A stretch of DNA of 36,336 nucleotides, taken from Chitinophagaceae bacterium (lineage in GTDB: Bacteria > Bacteroidota > Bacteroidia > Chitinophagales > Chitinophagaceae). A model generated the notes under the pieces. It made no database searches, had not been told where the DNA came from, and saw only the letters and a list, made by a program, of their open reading frames with translations. Below are positions 1 to 8,760 of the stretch, piece by piece. The stretch lies in assembly GCA_947468255.1 (NCBI GenBank), contig CANIMM010000001.1, positions 1 to 36,336 of the forward strand. The letters are read 5' to 3'. The translations under genes were made by a program, and so were the position numbers. Position 1 is the stretch's first letter. Every line of letters starts with the position of its first letter.

Positions 1-1251
1 ATGCAAGTAAACACCAAATGGATTATCGAAATTTAATTTTAATAAACCCAATGCATTGTCACAACCAGTACTTTGACGGATAAGATAGGGGAAGAACTTT
101 GCACTCAGTGATTTCCAATCAATGGAATATGGATCAAGGATGGCTCCTTGCTTATTTAAAATTTGATAGTTGCCAGTTTGAATATATGCAGGATTACGCT
201 TAATTAGAGGCAATAACTCCTTGGTAGCAATGCTATAGGGCACATGCCAATATGGATAGAGTACAACCTCCTTTATTATACTGCAAAGTGTGGGTGTAGG
301 AGTTGATTTTTTCCCAACAATCATTTTCATTTCAAGTGATACAGCATTATTTTGATACACTTTTAAATTTGCAGCGGGAATATTAACAAGAAATATAGTT
401 TGTCTTTGAGTAGCACAAGATAACCATCGATAGTAGTTTAATGAAAGAACCAACTGCTTTAATCTAACTTCGATAGGAATATTTAATTCTTTAAGAAGAT
501 TATTTCGCAATACCCCATCAGGAAATAGGTTAAATTGCAATTGCGCTTCTTTTATTTTTAATCTAAGAATGCTATCTGTTAAAATAAAATGATCAGATTC
601 GATGAAACCCAGTTGGTAGAGTTTTGAAATAAGAGAAAGGTTATTTGCAGTAACGATTCCTTTTGTTACAGTTATTTCCTTGAAATCAGTTGCAGCTAGC
701 ATTGCCAAGTACCTTCGAATTTCAAATTGCATCAAATTAATTTCCGGTAAGGAGGGCGAAAGTTGAGTAATTAAATTAGAAATATTATTATGAAGAATAT
801 GCTCAGCTAATAGTTTAGGAACATTTCTATAGCTAGTATCAATTTTAAAGCCATTAAACCCCAAATTTGGCCTAGAATTTCCATAAGCAATATCACTGAA
901 AAAATGAATTGCTGATACACTAATTAGAATATCAGATTGAATTGAGTCCAAATTAAACCCTGTTTTTCCCTGGTCATTTAAAATTGAAACTGAAGAAATA
1001 ATAGGATAATCTGATTCACGGAGGCCAAGAGCTGTAGAAAACATAAGCACCTTTTTTAAAGCTAGGTAGTTGACTTGGTTTTCCTTCTTTACCCAAGCTG
1101 TTTGATATTGAATTTGAGTGTAAAAATCCTTTACGTCTTTATTTAAAATTTTATTAGCCAAAATATAATCACGTACCAGATTAGGAGTAAGCTGAGGGTA
1201 AAGGGCTAAATTCCAGATACTAAAAATCAAAACAAATATTGTTCGTTTCAC
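1..1251 (-). CDS. L,D-transpeptidase (YcbB/YkuD-type), 3' end runs off the window
   Basis: Not in the ORF track. Read by hand from GTG at 1251 (MKRTIFVLIFSIWNLALYPQ, signal-like). The same frame contains VNIPAANL, MIVGKKSTPTP, YPYWHVPYSIATKE and RQSTGCDNALGLLKLNFDNPFGVYLH at the window edge, which are typical YcbB-family motifs. Confidence 0.85.
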   Translation of the reverse strand, partial: MKRTIFVLIFSIWNLALYPQLTPNLVRDYILANKILNKDVKDFYTQIQYQTAWVKKENQVNYLALKKVLMFSTALGLRESDYPIISSVSILNDQGKTGFNLDSIQSDILISVSAIHFFSDIAYGNSRPNLGFNGFKIDTSYRNVPKLLAEHILHNNISNLITQLSPSLPEINLMQFEIRRYLAMLAATDFKEITVTKGIVTANNLSLISKLYQLGFIESDHFILTDSILRLKIKEAQLQFNLFPDGVLRNNLLKELNIPIEVRLKQLVLSLNYYRWLSCATQRQTIFLVNIPAANLKVYQNNAVSLEMKMIVGKKSTPTPTLCSIIKEVVLYPYWHVPYSIATKELLPLIKRNPAYIQTGNYQILNKQGAILDPYSIDWKSLSAKFFPYLIRQSTGCDNALGLLKLNFDNPFGVYLH

Positions 1252-1262
1252 TTGTGGGTATA

Positions 1263-1694
1263 TCAACTATTTTGCGTATTTTCTATGAGGTAATTATTAA
1301 AATTGTATTTTAAAATACCAAATTGCTTTTCAGTGGCATTAATATTATTTCGAAAACGCCTAAATCTCCTATTTGTATTTTTAAAAAAAACATCCTCCTT
1401 AAATATAATATTTTCAAGCAAATTTTCTAGTTCACTGATTTCGTTGCGTAGCAATAAAAACAAGTCATCTTCTTTTATTATTTTACTATAAAAGTGTTCA
1501 ACTTCATCTAATAAATTATTGTCAAATTTATTTTTTAGTACCGATGCAAGTCTTATTTTTAAGTGAATATTTTCTTCGATCATAAAACCCAATAACCTTT
1601 TCCAGGTATCTATTTCATATTGTAATTGTTTCAATTTAAAATCTGGGATATCATCCAGTTTTATATGACTTGTATTAGATAAATTTTCTTGCAT
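1263..1694 (-). CDS. Hypothetical helical protein, paralog-like to 16750-17148
   Basis: 143 aa ORF with pattern E-x2-W-x4-F-x2-E-x7-LA-x-V; tandem-box promoter directly upstream. Confidence 0.7.
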   Translation of the reverse strand: MQENLSNTSHIKLDDIPDFKLKQLQYEIDTWKRLLGFMIEENIHLKIRLASVLKNKFDNNLLDEVEHFYSKIIKEDDLFLLLRNEISELENLLENIIFKEDVFFKNTNRRFRRFRNNINATEKQFGILKYNFNNYLIENTQNS

Positions 1695-1754
1695 AAGAGA
1701 GTACTAATTGATTTTACATAATTCGAAAATATTGTAAATAAAATAATTTTGATA

Positions 1755-1788
1755 TTACTTTAGTCATCAGATGTAATGATATTAGTCA
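1755..1788 (-). promoter_or_regulatory. Tandem TGA-N6-TCA box pair
   Basis: TTA-CTTTAG-TCA (1755) and TGA-TATTAG-TCA (1777); -7-like TATTTTCG on minus strand at 1724-1731, 23 bp gap. Confidence 0.7.
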
Positions 1789-1957
1789 AGGACAAAACGT
1801 TCATTTATTGAATGCTTACTATTGATTTATCTAACTAGTTTTGGATAAATTCGATATTTCCGAATTTTTAATAAAACTTTTCAACAAAAAAAAAGGTTTC
1901 ACTCATTTACAATAAGCTTGCATTTTATTGAAATAAAATTTAATATATGCTATATTA

Positions 1958-1990
1958 AAAATGCCCACCAATTTACAAAGGGGGCATTTT
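1958..1990. terminator. Intrinsic terminator after hsp20
   Basis: Inverted repeat AAAATGCCC / GGGCATTTT with A/T runs at both ends, just downstream of the hsp20 stop. Confidence 0.6.
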
Positions 1991-2011
1991 GCAAATTCAT
2001 TCAGCTACTAA

Positions 2012-2455
2012 TTACTTGACCGATATATGTTTGCTGATTGCTGTTTTTTTAGCTTCTTCTTTTTTGGGTAAGACAAGTTTTAACAGTCCGTCTTCATAGT
2101 GGGCCTCAATTTTTTCCTTGTTCACTTCATCAGGAAGAGTAAAGCTTCGTTCAAATGAAGAATAACTATACTCTCTTCGAGTATACTTTCCCTCCTTTTC
2201 CTCTTTTTTATCCTCTTTTTCACTACTAATGGTAAGCAAATTTCCATCGATATCAATATTGAAATCATCTTTCTTTAAACCTGGTGCAGCCAATGATACT
2301 TGGTAATCATCCTTTTGCTCTGTAATATTTACAGCGGGTATGCTCATTACCCTACTAGATAATCCACCATCAAACCATTCGTTCCAAGGTTTAAAAAAAT
2401 CGTCAAATACAGACGGTACACGTTCTGTTAATTTAGCTAATGCTGAAGTTGCCAT
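2012..2455 (-). CDS. Hsp20/alpha-crystallin small heat shock protein
   Basis: PAVNITE, LAAPGLKKDDF, RREYSYSSFERSFTLP, AHYEDGLLKLVLPK. Confidence 0.95.
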   Translation of the reverse strand: MATSALAKLTERVPSVFDDFFKPWNEWFDGGLSSRVMSIPAVNITEQKDDYQVSLAAPGLKKDDFNIDIDGNLLTISSEKEDKKEEKEGKYTRREYSYSSFERSFTLPDEVNKEKIEAHYEDGLLKLVLPKKEEAKKTAISKHISVK

Positions 2456-2529
2456 AAGTCCTCCTTTTTTATTGTGAATTGATAATTTGTTTGATTAACA
2501 AATGTATTTTTAATATAAAAAAAAACAAA

Positions 2530-2563
2530 AGACATTGGTCAGTAGTATAACTGAGATTGGTCA
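2530..2563 (-). promoter_or_regulatory. Tandem TGA-N6-TCA box pair (hsp20 promoter)
   Basis: AGA-CATTGG-TCA (2530) and TGA-GATTGG-TCA (2552); perfect -7 TACATTTG on minus strand at 2499-2506, 23 bp gap. Confidence 0.8.
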
Positions 2564-2753
2564 GTGTAAAAAATCAGTAAAGAAATACCTGCTTTTAAGC
2601 TAAATGAAAATTCTATAAAACTTATTTTCTTATCATTCTGATTTTGCTTTTAGGCTTAATTTTCAACTTCATTATTTTGTTGATGCTGATATAATAACCA
2701 ATACTAATAATGAATAAAAAATACAATTGACAACCAAATATGGATTATTCATT

Positions 2754-3155
2754 TTAATTTAATTGTAATATTGCCTTTTCTAATTTCATTCCTACTTCTT
2801 CGGCAATATCCTGTAGTTTTTTATTTTTAATGGATTGCATAGAAGCTGATGGATCTATGGCAGAAACTTCTATTATTCCGGATGCTTTCTCCTGAACAAT
2901 TACATTGCAAGGCAGCATAGTTCCAATTTTATCTTCCGCTAACAAAGCCTGGTAGGCAAATGGAGGGTTGCAGGCTCCCAAAATTGTATAATTATGAAAG
3001 TCAACTTGTAGTTTTTTTTGCAAGGTGGCTTTCATGTCAATTTCGGTTAAGATACCAAACCCTTCTTCTTTCAAACTCTCTTTTATCTTTTCTATTGCAT
3101 TTTCGAAACTGCAGTTGATTGTTTGGGTAAAATAGTATTTTTTTATATTGGGCAT
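2754..3155 (-). CDS. DUF302 domain protein
   Basis: GFGILTEID, ILGACNPPFA, IGTMLPCNVIV signature. Confidence 0.9.
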   Translation of the reverse strand: MPNIKKYYFTQTINCSFENAIEKIKESLKEEGFGILTEIDMKATLQKKLQVDFHNYTILGACNPPFAYQALLAEDKIGTMLPCNVIVQEKASGIIEVSAIDPSASMQSIKNKKLQDIAEEVGMKLEKAILQLN

Positions 3156-3185
3156 CCTGAATGATTTAAATTTTCTTATTGATGG

Positions 3186-3506
3186 CTATTTCTTTTTCAT
3201 TTCCATATTGCATTTTTTACATTTCCCTGCTTGATCGCTTTTCTCATTAGGGTGCATTGGGCATTGATACAATTTCATAACTTCCGATTTCATTATTTCT
3301 TTTTTTGATTGCACCAGATCCATATTGCATTTAGGACATTTCCCTGGGTTAACACTCACTACATCCGGATGCATCGAGCAACAAAATTTACTTCTTTCTG
3401 ACTTTACCCCACTACTTCCAGTTGATTTAGCACTTGAATCCTGACCATACCCTACACATGAAATAATTGTTAAAATCGCAATTAGTATAATTTTATTTGT
3501 TTTCAT
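3186..3506 (-). CDS. Exported heavy-metal-binding domain (HMBD) protein
   Basis: Signal peptide plus two C-x-MHP...GKC-x-KC-x-M repeats. Confidence 0.85.
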   Translation of the reverse strand: MKTNKIILIAILTIISCVGYGQDSSAKSTGSSGVKSERSKFCCSMHPDVVSVNPGKCPKCNMDLVQSKKEIMKSEVMKLYQCPMHPNEKSDQAGKCKKCNMEMKKK

Positions 3507-3657
3507 TTTATTTTAATTGAATAGTTAAAAAAAGGGATTTTATTTTATAAAAATTAGCCCTCAATCCTTGTATATAAATATCTTTTTTTGAAATGTATTT
3601 ATTGAAGGAAAAGGGTTTAAGCTTATGCAATTAACTTAATTTCTCTTAGTAAGGAAA

Positions 3658-3714
3658 TGACAAACTGCATGAATTTTAATGATATTAATCAGATATTACT
3701 TCTGATTCAATTCA
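3658..3714. promoter_or_regulatory. Triple TGA-N6-TCA box array
   Basis: TGA-CAAACT-GCA (3658), TGA-TATTAA-TCA (3680), TGA-TTCAAT-TCA (3703); spacings 22 and 23; no clear -7 at the usual distance. Confidence 0.6.
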
Positions 3715-3744
3715 CCCAATACGTAATTATTAATAGGCATACAC

Positions 3745-3778
3745 TGACCAATATCAGTTTATTAATTTAGAAAGGTCT
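3745..3778 (+). promoter_or_regulatory. Tandem box pair upstream of the P-type ATPase
   Basis: TGA-CCAATA-TCA (3745) and degenerate TTA-GAAAGG-TCT (3767); weak -7-like TATTTTAA at 3802-3809. Confidence 0.55.
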
Positions 3779-4019
3779 TTCACTTGCATCGTTATTTGTT
3801 TTATTTTAACCTATAATATGATGGAGCTGTATTGTAAACATCAACTGCCTTCCATTTTACAAATACTTTGCTTTATTATTTTTATTAAAAAAAATATACT
3901 CATTAAAAATTATCCATTAGAATCACTATTGATCATTCGCTACTTTCTGAAAAATTTTATCCGTCTAAATTAAAATTAAAATTAAGTAATTTGATTTACT
4001 CTTTATTTAAAAATTTTAC

Positions 4020-6590
4020 ATGAACTGGCACAAGTTAAGTATTCAAGAAGTATTTGAAATACTAGGTACCAATCAGCAGGGTATACATTCGGCAATGGCT
4101 GAAGAGAAGTTAATTGAATATGGTCGCAATGAATTAGATACTGGGAAAAAGAAAAATATTGCTATTCAATTTTTAGAACAGTTTAAAGACCTGATGATTA
4201 TTATTTTATTGTTTGCAGCATTGATCTCAGGTTTCATTGGTGACGTTGTTGATACCATTGTTATTGTAATAATTGTTTTGCTGAATGCTATTGTAGGTTT
4301 TTTTCAGCAATATCGAGCTGAAAAAGCAATGCAGGCATTGAAGCGAATGACCGTTCCACAATCAAGGGTGATGCGTAATGGGGTGCTTAGCTTTTTGCCG
4401 GCTAACGAATTGGTTGTAGGAGATATTGTTTTGCTTGAATCCGGAAATGCTGTTCCAGCTGATATCCGCCTTATTGAATCAATCAATTTAAAAATAGAGG
4501 AAGCGGCACTTACTGGTGAATCCCTTGCGGTTGATAAAATTACTCAACCGCTCACTATAGGTGACCTGTCATTAGGTGATAAAATCAATATGGCCTTTAA
4601 AGGTACTTTTGTAACCCATGGTAGAGGTACTGGCGTGATAATAGCTGTAGGAATGCAAACCGAATTAGGTCGAATTGCCAAAATGTTGCAGGAAAATGAG
4701 TTACTCACACCCCTTCAACAAAGGATGGTTGTTTTTAGTAAAAGGTTATCTTTTCTTGTTTTATTTCTATGTATTTTGTTTTTTACTGTAGGCTGGTATC
4801 GAGGAGAGGAACTTTCGAAAATGGTATTAACTAGTATCTCGCTCGCAGTTGCAGCCATTCCAGAAGCATTACCAGCCGTTATTACCATTTCATTGGCCCT
4901 AGCTGCAAGGAAAATGATTCAATTCAATTGCCTTATCAGAAAATTGCCTGCTGTAGAAACCTTAGGTTCAGTAAACTATATCTGCACTGACAAAACAGGT
5001 ACGCTTACCAAAAATAGTATGCAGGTGGAACAAGTGTATCTAAATGGACAATTGTTTGATAAAAATAATTTTACGCAGATGGCGCAACAAAATAGTGCAG
5101 ATTTGTTGCTACAAGCCATTTATTTAAACAATAACATTATTGAGGATAAGGATAAAAACTATATTGGAGACAGTACAGAGAAAGCGCTAAAAGAATTGGT
5201 GAGAGACAACAAAATGAAGGTAGTAGAATTGCCTCGAGTAGCAGAAATTGCTTTTGATGCTGATCGAAAACTGATGACTACTTTTCACCCCTATAACAAT
5301 CAATTCGTTTCATTTACTAAGGGTGCACCTGATTTGTTACTCAAAAAATGTTTATTGGTTGATCAACCTACTATTTTGCATCATATAGATGAAATGGCCT
5401 TGAGAGGTTATCGGGTATTAGGATTTGCTTGCCGTTTTTGGGATACACTGCCAACAAAGTTAGATGCAAATTTGCATGAATCAGGGCTTAATTTTTTAGG
5501 GTTAACCTCAATGATTGATCCTCCTAGAGAAGAAGTAATTGATGCCGTAGCAGAATGTAAATCAGCTTCCATTATTCCGGTAATGATAACAGGAGATTAT
5601 CCAATTACAGCAAAAACAATTGCTTCAAGAATCGGAATTATCAATAGCGAAAAGGACCTAGTAATGACAGGACAGCAGCTATCAATTGTAGAGGAAGATC
5701 ATTTACTATCTATAATCGAATCTATTAAGGTGTACGCAAGAGTTTCTCCCGAACAAAAATTGTATATTATTAAAATGCTTCAAAAAAAAGGTCATTATGT
5801 TGCTATGACCGGGGATGGTGTCAATGATGCTCCTTCTTTAAAAAGAGCCAATATAGGAATTGCAATGGGTATTACTGGTACAGATGTATCAAAGGAAGCC
5901 GCTCATATGATTTTGCTGGATGACAATTTTGCTACCATCATAAAAGCTGTAAAAGAAGGGCGAAGAATTTATGACAATATCCTAAAGTTTATTAAATACC
6001 TAATGACAACCAACTCTGGTGAACTGTGGACCTTACTGATAGGTCCATTAATCGGTCTGCCAGTCGCATTATTGCCGATTCACATATTATGGATTAATTT
6101 GGTATCTGATGGATTACCTGCGATTGCGTTGTCATTCGAAAAGGAAGAAAAGGGAATTATGAATAGGCCCCCTCGACCTTCCCGTCAAACTGTATTTGCA
6201 AACGGAAGGGGAATACATATAATTTGGGTGGGCATGTTAATGGCAGGCATAGCATTATTTATACAGACATGGGCTATTGAAAAAGGGTTTCATTGGCAAA
6301 CTATGGTATTTAATGTTATTTGCCTTAGTCAGATGGGGCATGTACTGGCAATTCGATCAGATAATCAATCAGCATTTTCAAAAAATTCATTTTCTAATCC
6401 TTTCTTATTAAGTGCAGTTATATTAACTATTTTGCTTCAGTTTATTGTTACCTACAGCTCAATTTTTCATCCTATATTCCATACAGAAAATTTATCAATA
6501 ACGGAATTAATTACAGTTATTGTAGCATCTTCAATTGTTTTTTTAGGAGTAGAAATTGAAAAAAGGATTTTAAAAAAAAAATTGAAATAG
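4020..6590 (+). CDS. Cation-translocating P-type ATPase, type IIA (Ca2+-like)
   Basis: LTGES, IPEALP, DKTGTLT phosphorylation site, MITGD, TGDGVNDAP, LWINLVSDG. Confidence 0.95.
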   Translation: MNWHKLSIQEVFEILGTNQQGIHSAMAEEKLIEYGRNELDTGKKKNIAIQFLEQFKDLMIIILLFAALISGFIGDVVDTIVIVIIVLLNAIVGFFQQYRAEKAMQALKRMTVPQSRVMRNGVLSFLPANELVVGDIVLLESGNAVPADIRLIESINLKIEEAALTGESLAVDKITQPLTIGDLSLGDKINMAFKGTFVTHGRGTGVIIAVGMQTELGRIAKMLQENELLTPLQQRMVVFSKRLSFLVLFLCILFFTVGWYRGEELSKMVLTSISLAVAAIPEALPAVITISLALAARKMIQFNCLIRKLPAVETLGSVNYICTDKTGTLTKNSMQVEQVYLNGQLFDKNNFTQMAQQNSADLLLQAIYLNNNIIEDKDKNYIGDSTEKALKELVRDNKMKVVELPRVAEIAFDADRKLMTTFHPYNNQFVSFTKGAPDLLLKKCLLVDQPTILHHIDEMALRGYRVLGFACRFWDTLPTKLDANLHESGLNFLGLTSMIDPPREEVIDAVAECKSASIIPVMITGDYPITAKTIASRIGIINSEKDLVMTGQQLSIVEEDHLLSIIESIKVYARVSPEQKLYIIKMLQKKGHYVAMTGDGVNDAPSLKRANIGIAMGITGTDVSKEAAHMILLDDNFATIIKAVKEGRRIYDNILKFIKYLMTTNSGELWTLLIGPLIGLPVALLPIHILWINLVSDGLPAIALSFEKEEKGIMNRPPRPSRQTVFANGRGIHIIWVGMLMAGIALFIQTWAIEKGFHWQTMVFNVICLSQMGHVLAIRSDNQSAFSKNSFSNPFLLSAVILTILLQFIVTYSSIFHPIFHTENLSITELITVIVASSIVFLGVEIEKRILKKKLK

Positions 6591-6652
6591 GCTTATACTA
6601 AAAACGAATACTATTTGATTTGAAAATTTAACTTCCTGCTGACATTAAAATT

Positions 6653-8302
6653 TTAATCGCTATAGAGTTGTTCATAATACTCAGTAGCCATCCTATTACT
6701 GTCAAATTCAGGTAAAATGTCTTTTAATCCATTTTTTACAATTTCTAGCCATCTATTTGGGAAATCATAATACATGGGTAAGACTTCATTTTCTAGTAAT
6801 TGATATAAACTTGCAGCATCCATATCATCCTGTATATGTTCAGGAAGATTAATGTCGCAAGGGGGAATAATAAAGGAATTAATTTTATCCCTGGCAAATT
6901 CCGGAAACCATCCATCAGGCAGTCCTACATTGACAGCGCTATTCATTGCAGCTGCCATTCCACTGGTTCCAGAAGCTTCGTGGGTCATACGCGGCACATT
7001 CAGCCACACATCTGCACCTTGCTTTAATAATTTGGAAAGCTTTATTTCATATCCAATAAGGATAGAGCAGTTAGTATAGGTTTTGCAAATATTTACAATT
7101 TTATCAAATACACCAATAGCAGGATAATCCATGGGGTAAGGCTTTCCAGCCCAAATAATTTGAACAGGTCTTTCTATATTAGTTACTAAACGGTGAAATC
7201 TTTCCATATCATGGAAAAACAAATCCGGTCTTTTATATCCAGAAAACCGCTTGGCAAAAACAATGGTACATACTTTAACATCATATATTTCTCCACATTG
7301 ATCTGCCACCACTTCAAAAAGATATTGTTTTCCAAGTTGTTTCTTTTTAAGTAATGCTTCATCATTATTAGTAGACAAAGCATGGTACATAGTATCGTCA
7401 TGCCAGTAATTATAATTTTGAGCATTTGTTATTGAAATTACTTTGCAAATACTTTCGTTTTCCGACCAAATTTTGCAAAGGGTTTGTTGATGCAATTTTG
7501 AAACCCCATTTGCTTTTTTTGATAAAAGAAGTGCTGTTAAAGTATGATTTAGTTCGTCGTTGGATGATTGAGTAATTGCTTTTACTTCAGTCATTGGAAT
7601 ATCACAAAAGAATCCCATTTTCTCAAGCAAACTTAAGCTTGTTTTCTGGTTGCCCGCTTCTTCTGGGGTATGATTGGTAAAGACTAACTTTTTTTTAACG
7701 GCATCTGCATTTTTATATTTATTGTATAAATAAAATGCCAGTGGCAAAGCGTGTGATTCATTTAAGTGATAAATGTCAGGCTCCCACTTAATAGCCTCCA
7801 GTAATTTAACTCCACCTTCACCAAGTAATATGGCAGATGCGATTCTTGTTTCTGGATTTGCATCATACAACTTATCAGAAATTGTTTTGGCTAGATAATC
7901 ATTTTCCGGCAAATCGGTAGTAAGCAAAAAAAGGGGTGCAGTATTGAAAATTTCAGGAGGTAAATAAAAAGCTGTAACCCAAACGTCATGCCTTGAAACT
8001 TTAATGGTGAATTTTAAATTGGTAGGCACTAGAAATCCGTAATTTTTTTCTTCAAACAATACGTCCATGGTTTGATCTTGTTTCCGAACTTGGTCGTAAT
8101 ATCCATACTTCCATAATATACCTATTCCAATGAAATTTTGCCTTAATTCAAATGCACTTCTTAAATGGGATCCTGCTAAAAAACCTAGACCACCAGCATA
8201 GATTTTTAAGGGCTGGCTTATCCCATATTCCATACAAAAATAGGCTACCCTTTTTTGAAAGGAAGGATTAATTGAATAAGGTGGGGTGAATGTAAATTCC
8301 AT
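6653..8302 (-). CDS. glgP: Short alpha-glucan phosphorylase-like protein (GT35), PLP lysine substituted
   Basis: VAYFCMEYG, YAGGLGFLAG, HLNESH, FTNHTP, KRFSGYKR, EASGTSGM(A)AAMN. Confidence 0.85.
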   Translation of the reverse strand: MEFTFTPPYSINPSFQKRVAYFCMEYGISQPLKIYAGGLGFLAGSHLRSAFELRQNFIGIGILWKYGYYDQVRKQDQTMDVLFEEKNYGFLVPTNLKFTIKVSRHDVWVTAFYLPPEIFNTAPLFLLTTDLPENDYLAKTISDKLYDANPETRIASAILLGEGGVKLLEAIKWEPDIYHLNESHALPLAFYLYNKYKNADAVKKKLVFTNHTPEEAGNQKTSLSLLEKMGFFCDIPMTEVKAITQSSNDELNHTLTALLLSKKANGVSKLHQQTLCKIWSENESICKVISITNAQNYNYWHDDTMYHALSTNNDEALLKKKQLGKQYLFEVVADQCGEIYDVKVCTIVFAKRFSGYKRPDLFFHDMERFHRLVTNIERPVQIIWAGKPYPMDYPAIGVFDKIVNICKTYTNCSILIGYEIKLSKLLKQGADVWLNVPRMTHEASGTSGMAAAMNSAVNVGLPDGWFPEFARDKINSFIIPPCDINLPEHIQDDMDAASLYQLLENEVLPMYYDFPNRWLEIVKNGLKDILPEFDSNRMATEYYEQLYSD

Positions 8303-8391
8303 TAGCTTAATTTAGTTACTATTTTTATTTAAAATATAAAATACTTAAAATTTTCCTTATTGACTTATGAGTGAAAATTGTATAAATACAA

Positions 8392-8736
8392 CTACCGCTT
8401 ACGTGCCAAATGATTTGACAACATTACATTGATACAGGAATCATTGAATTCTTGTAATAATTTTTTTTTGTTTTCATCTGATTCATTCAATTCGTTATCT
8501 ATATTATTTAATTCAGCAACTTTTCTTGTTACCACCTTCCTGTCTTTTCTTAAAACACCCTCGTTTTCTTCCTTTTTTTTATCCCTAAATTCTAATTCAT
8601 TTTTATTAACTGAAGTCCTTAGGTCTTTATCCTTTTTATATAAATAAGATTTAGGTCTTTTGGTCGATCCAACCATTTTTAATTTCGAACTGCCTTTTTC
8701 TTTAATTAGCACTGTTTGATCCGGCTTCGTTTCCAT
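8392..8736 (-). CDS. Hypothetical Lys/Glu-rich protein
   Basis: 114 aa ORF starting 24 bp after the ftsH stop with an A-rich initiation region; no recognisable domain. Confidence 0.45.
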   Translation of the reverse strand: METKPDQTVLIKEKGSSKLKMVGSTKRPKSYLYKKDKDLRTSVNKNELEFRDKKKEENEGVLRKDRKVVTRKVAELNNIDNELNESDENKKKLLQEFNDSCINVMLSNHLARKR

Positions 8737-8760
8737 TGTATTATTTTTTATTGTATCTAT

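Noticed and set aside
3820-3856. Hairpin ATGGAG...TTCCAT in the ATPase 5' UTR
   Set aside because: Only about 6 bp with a large loop; too weak to call
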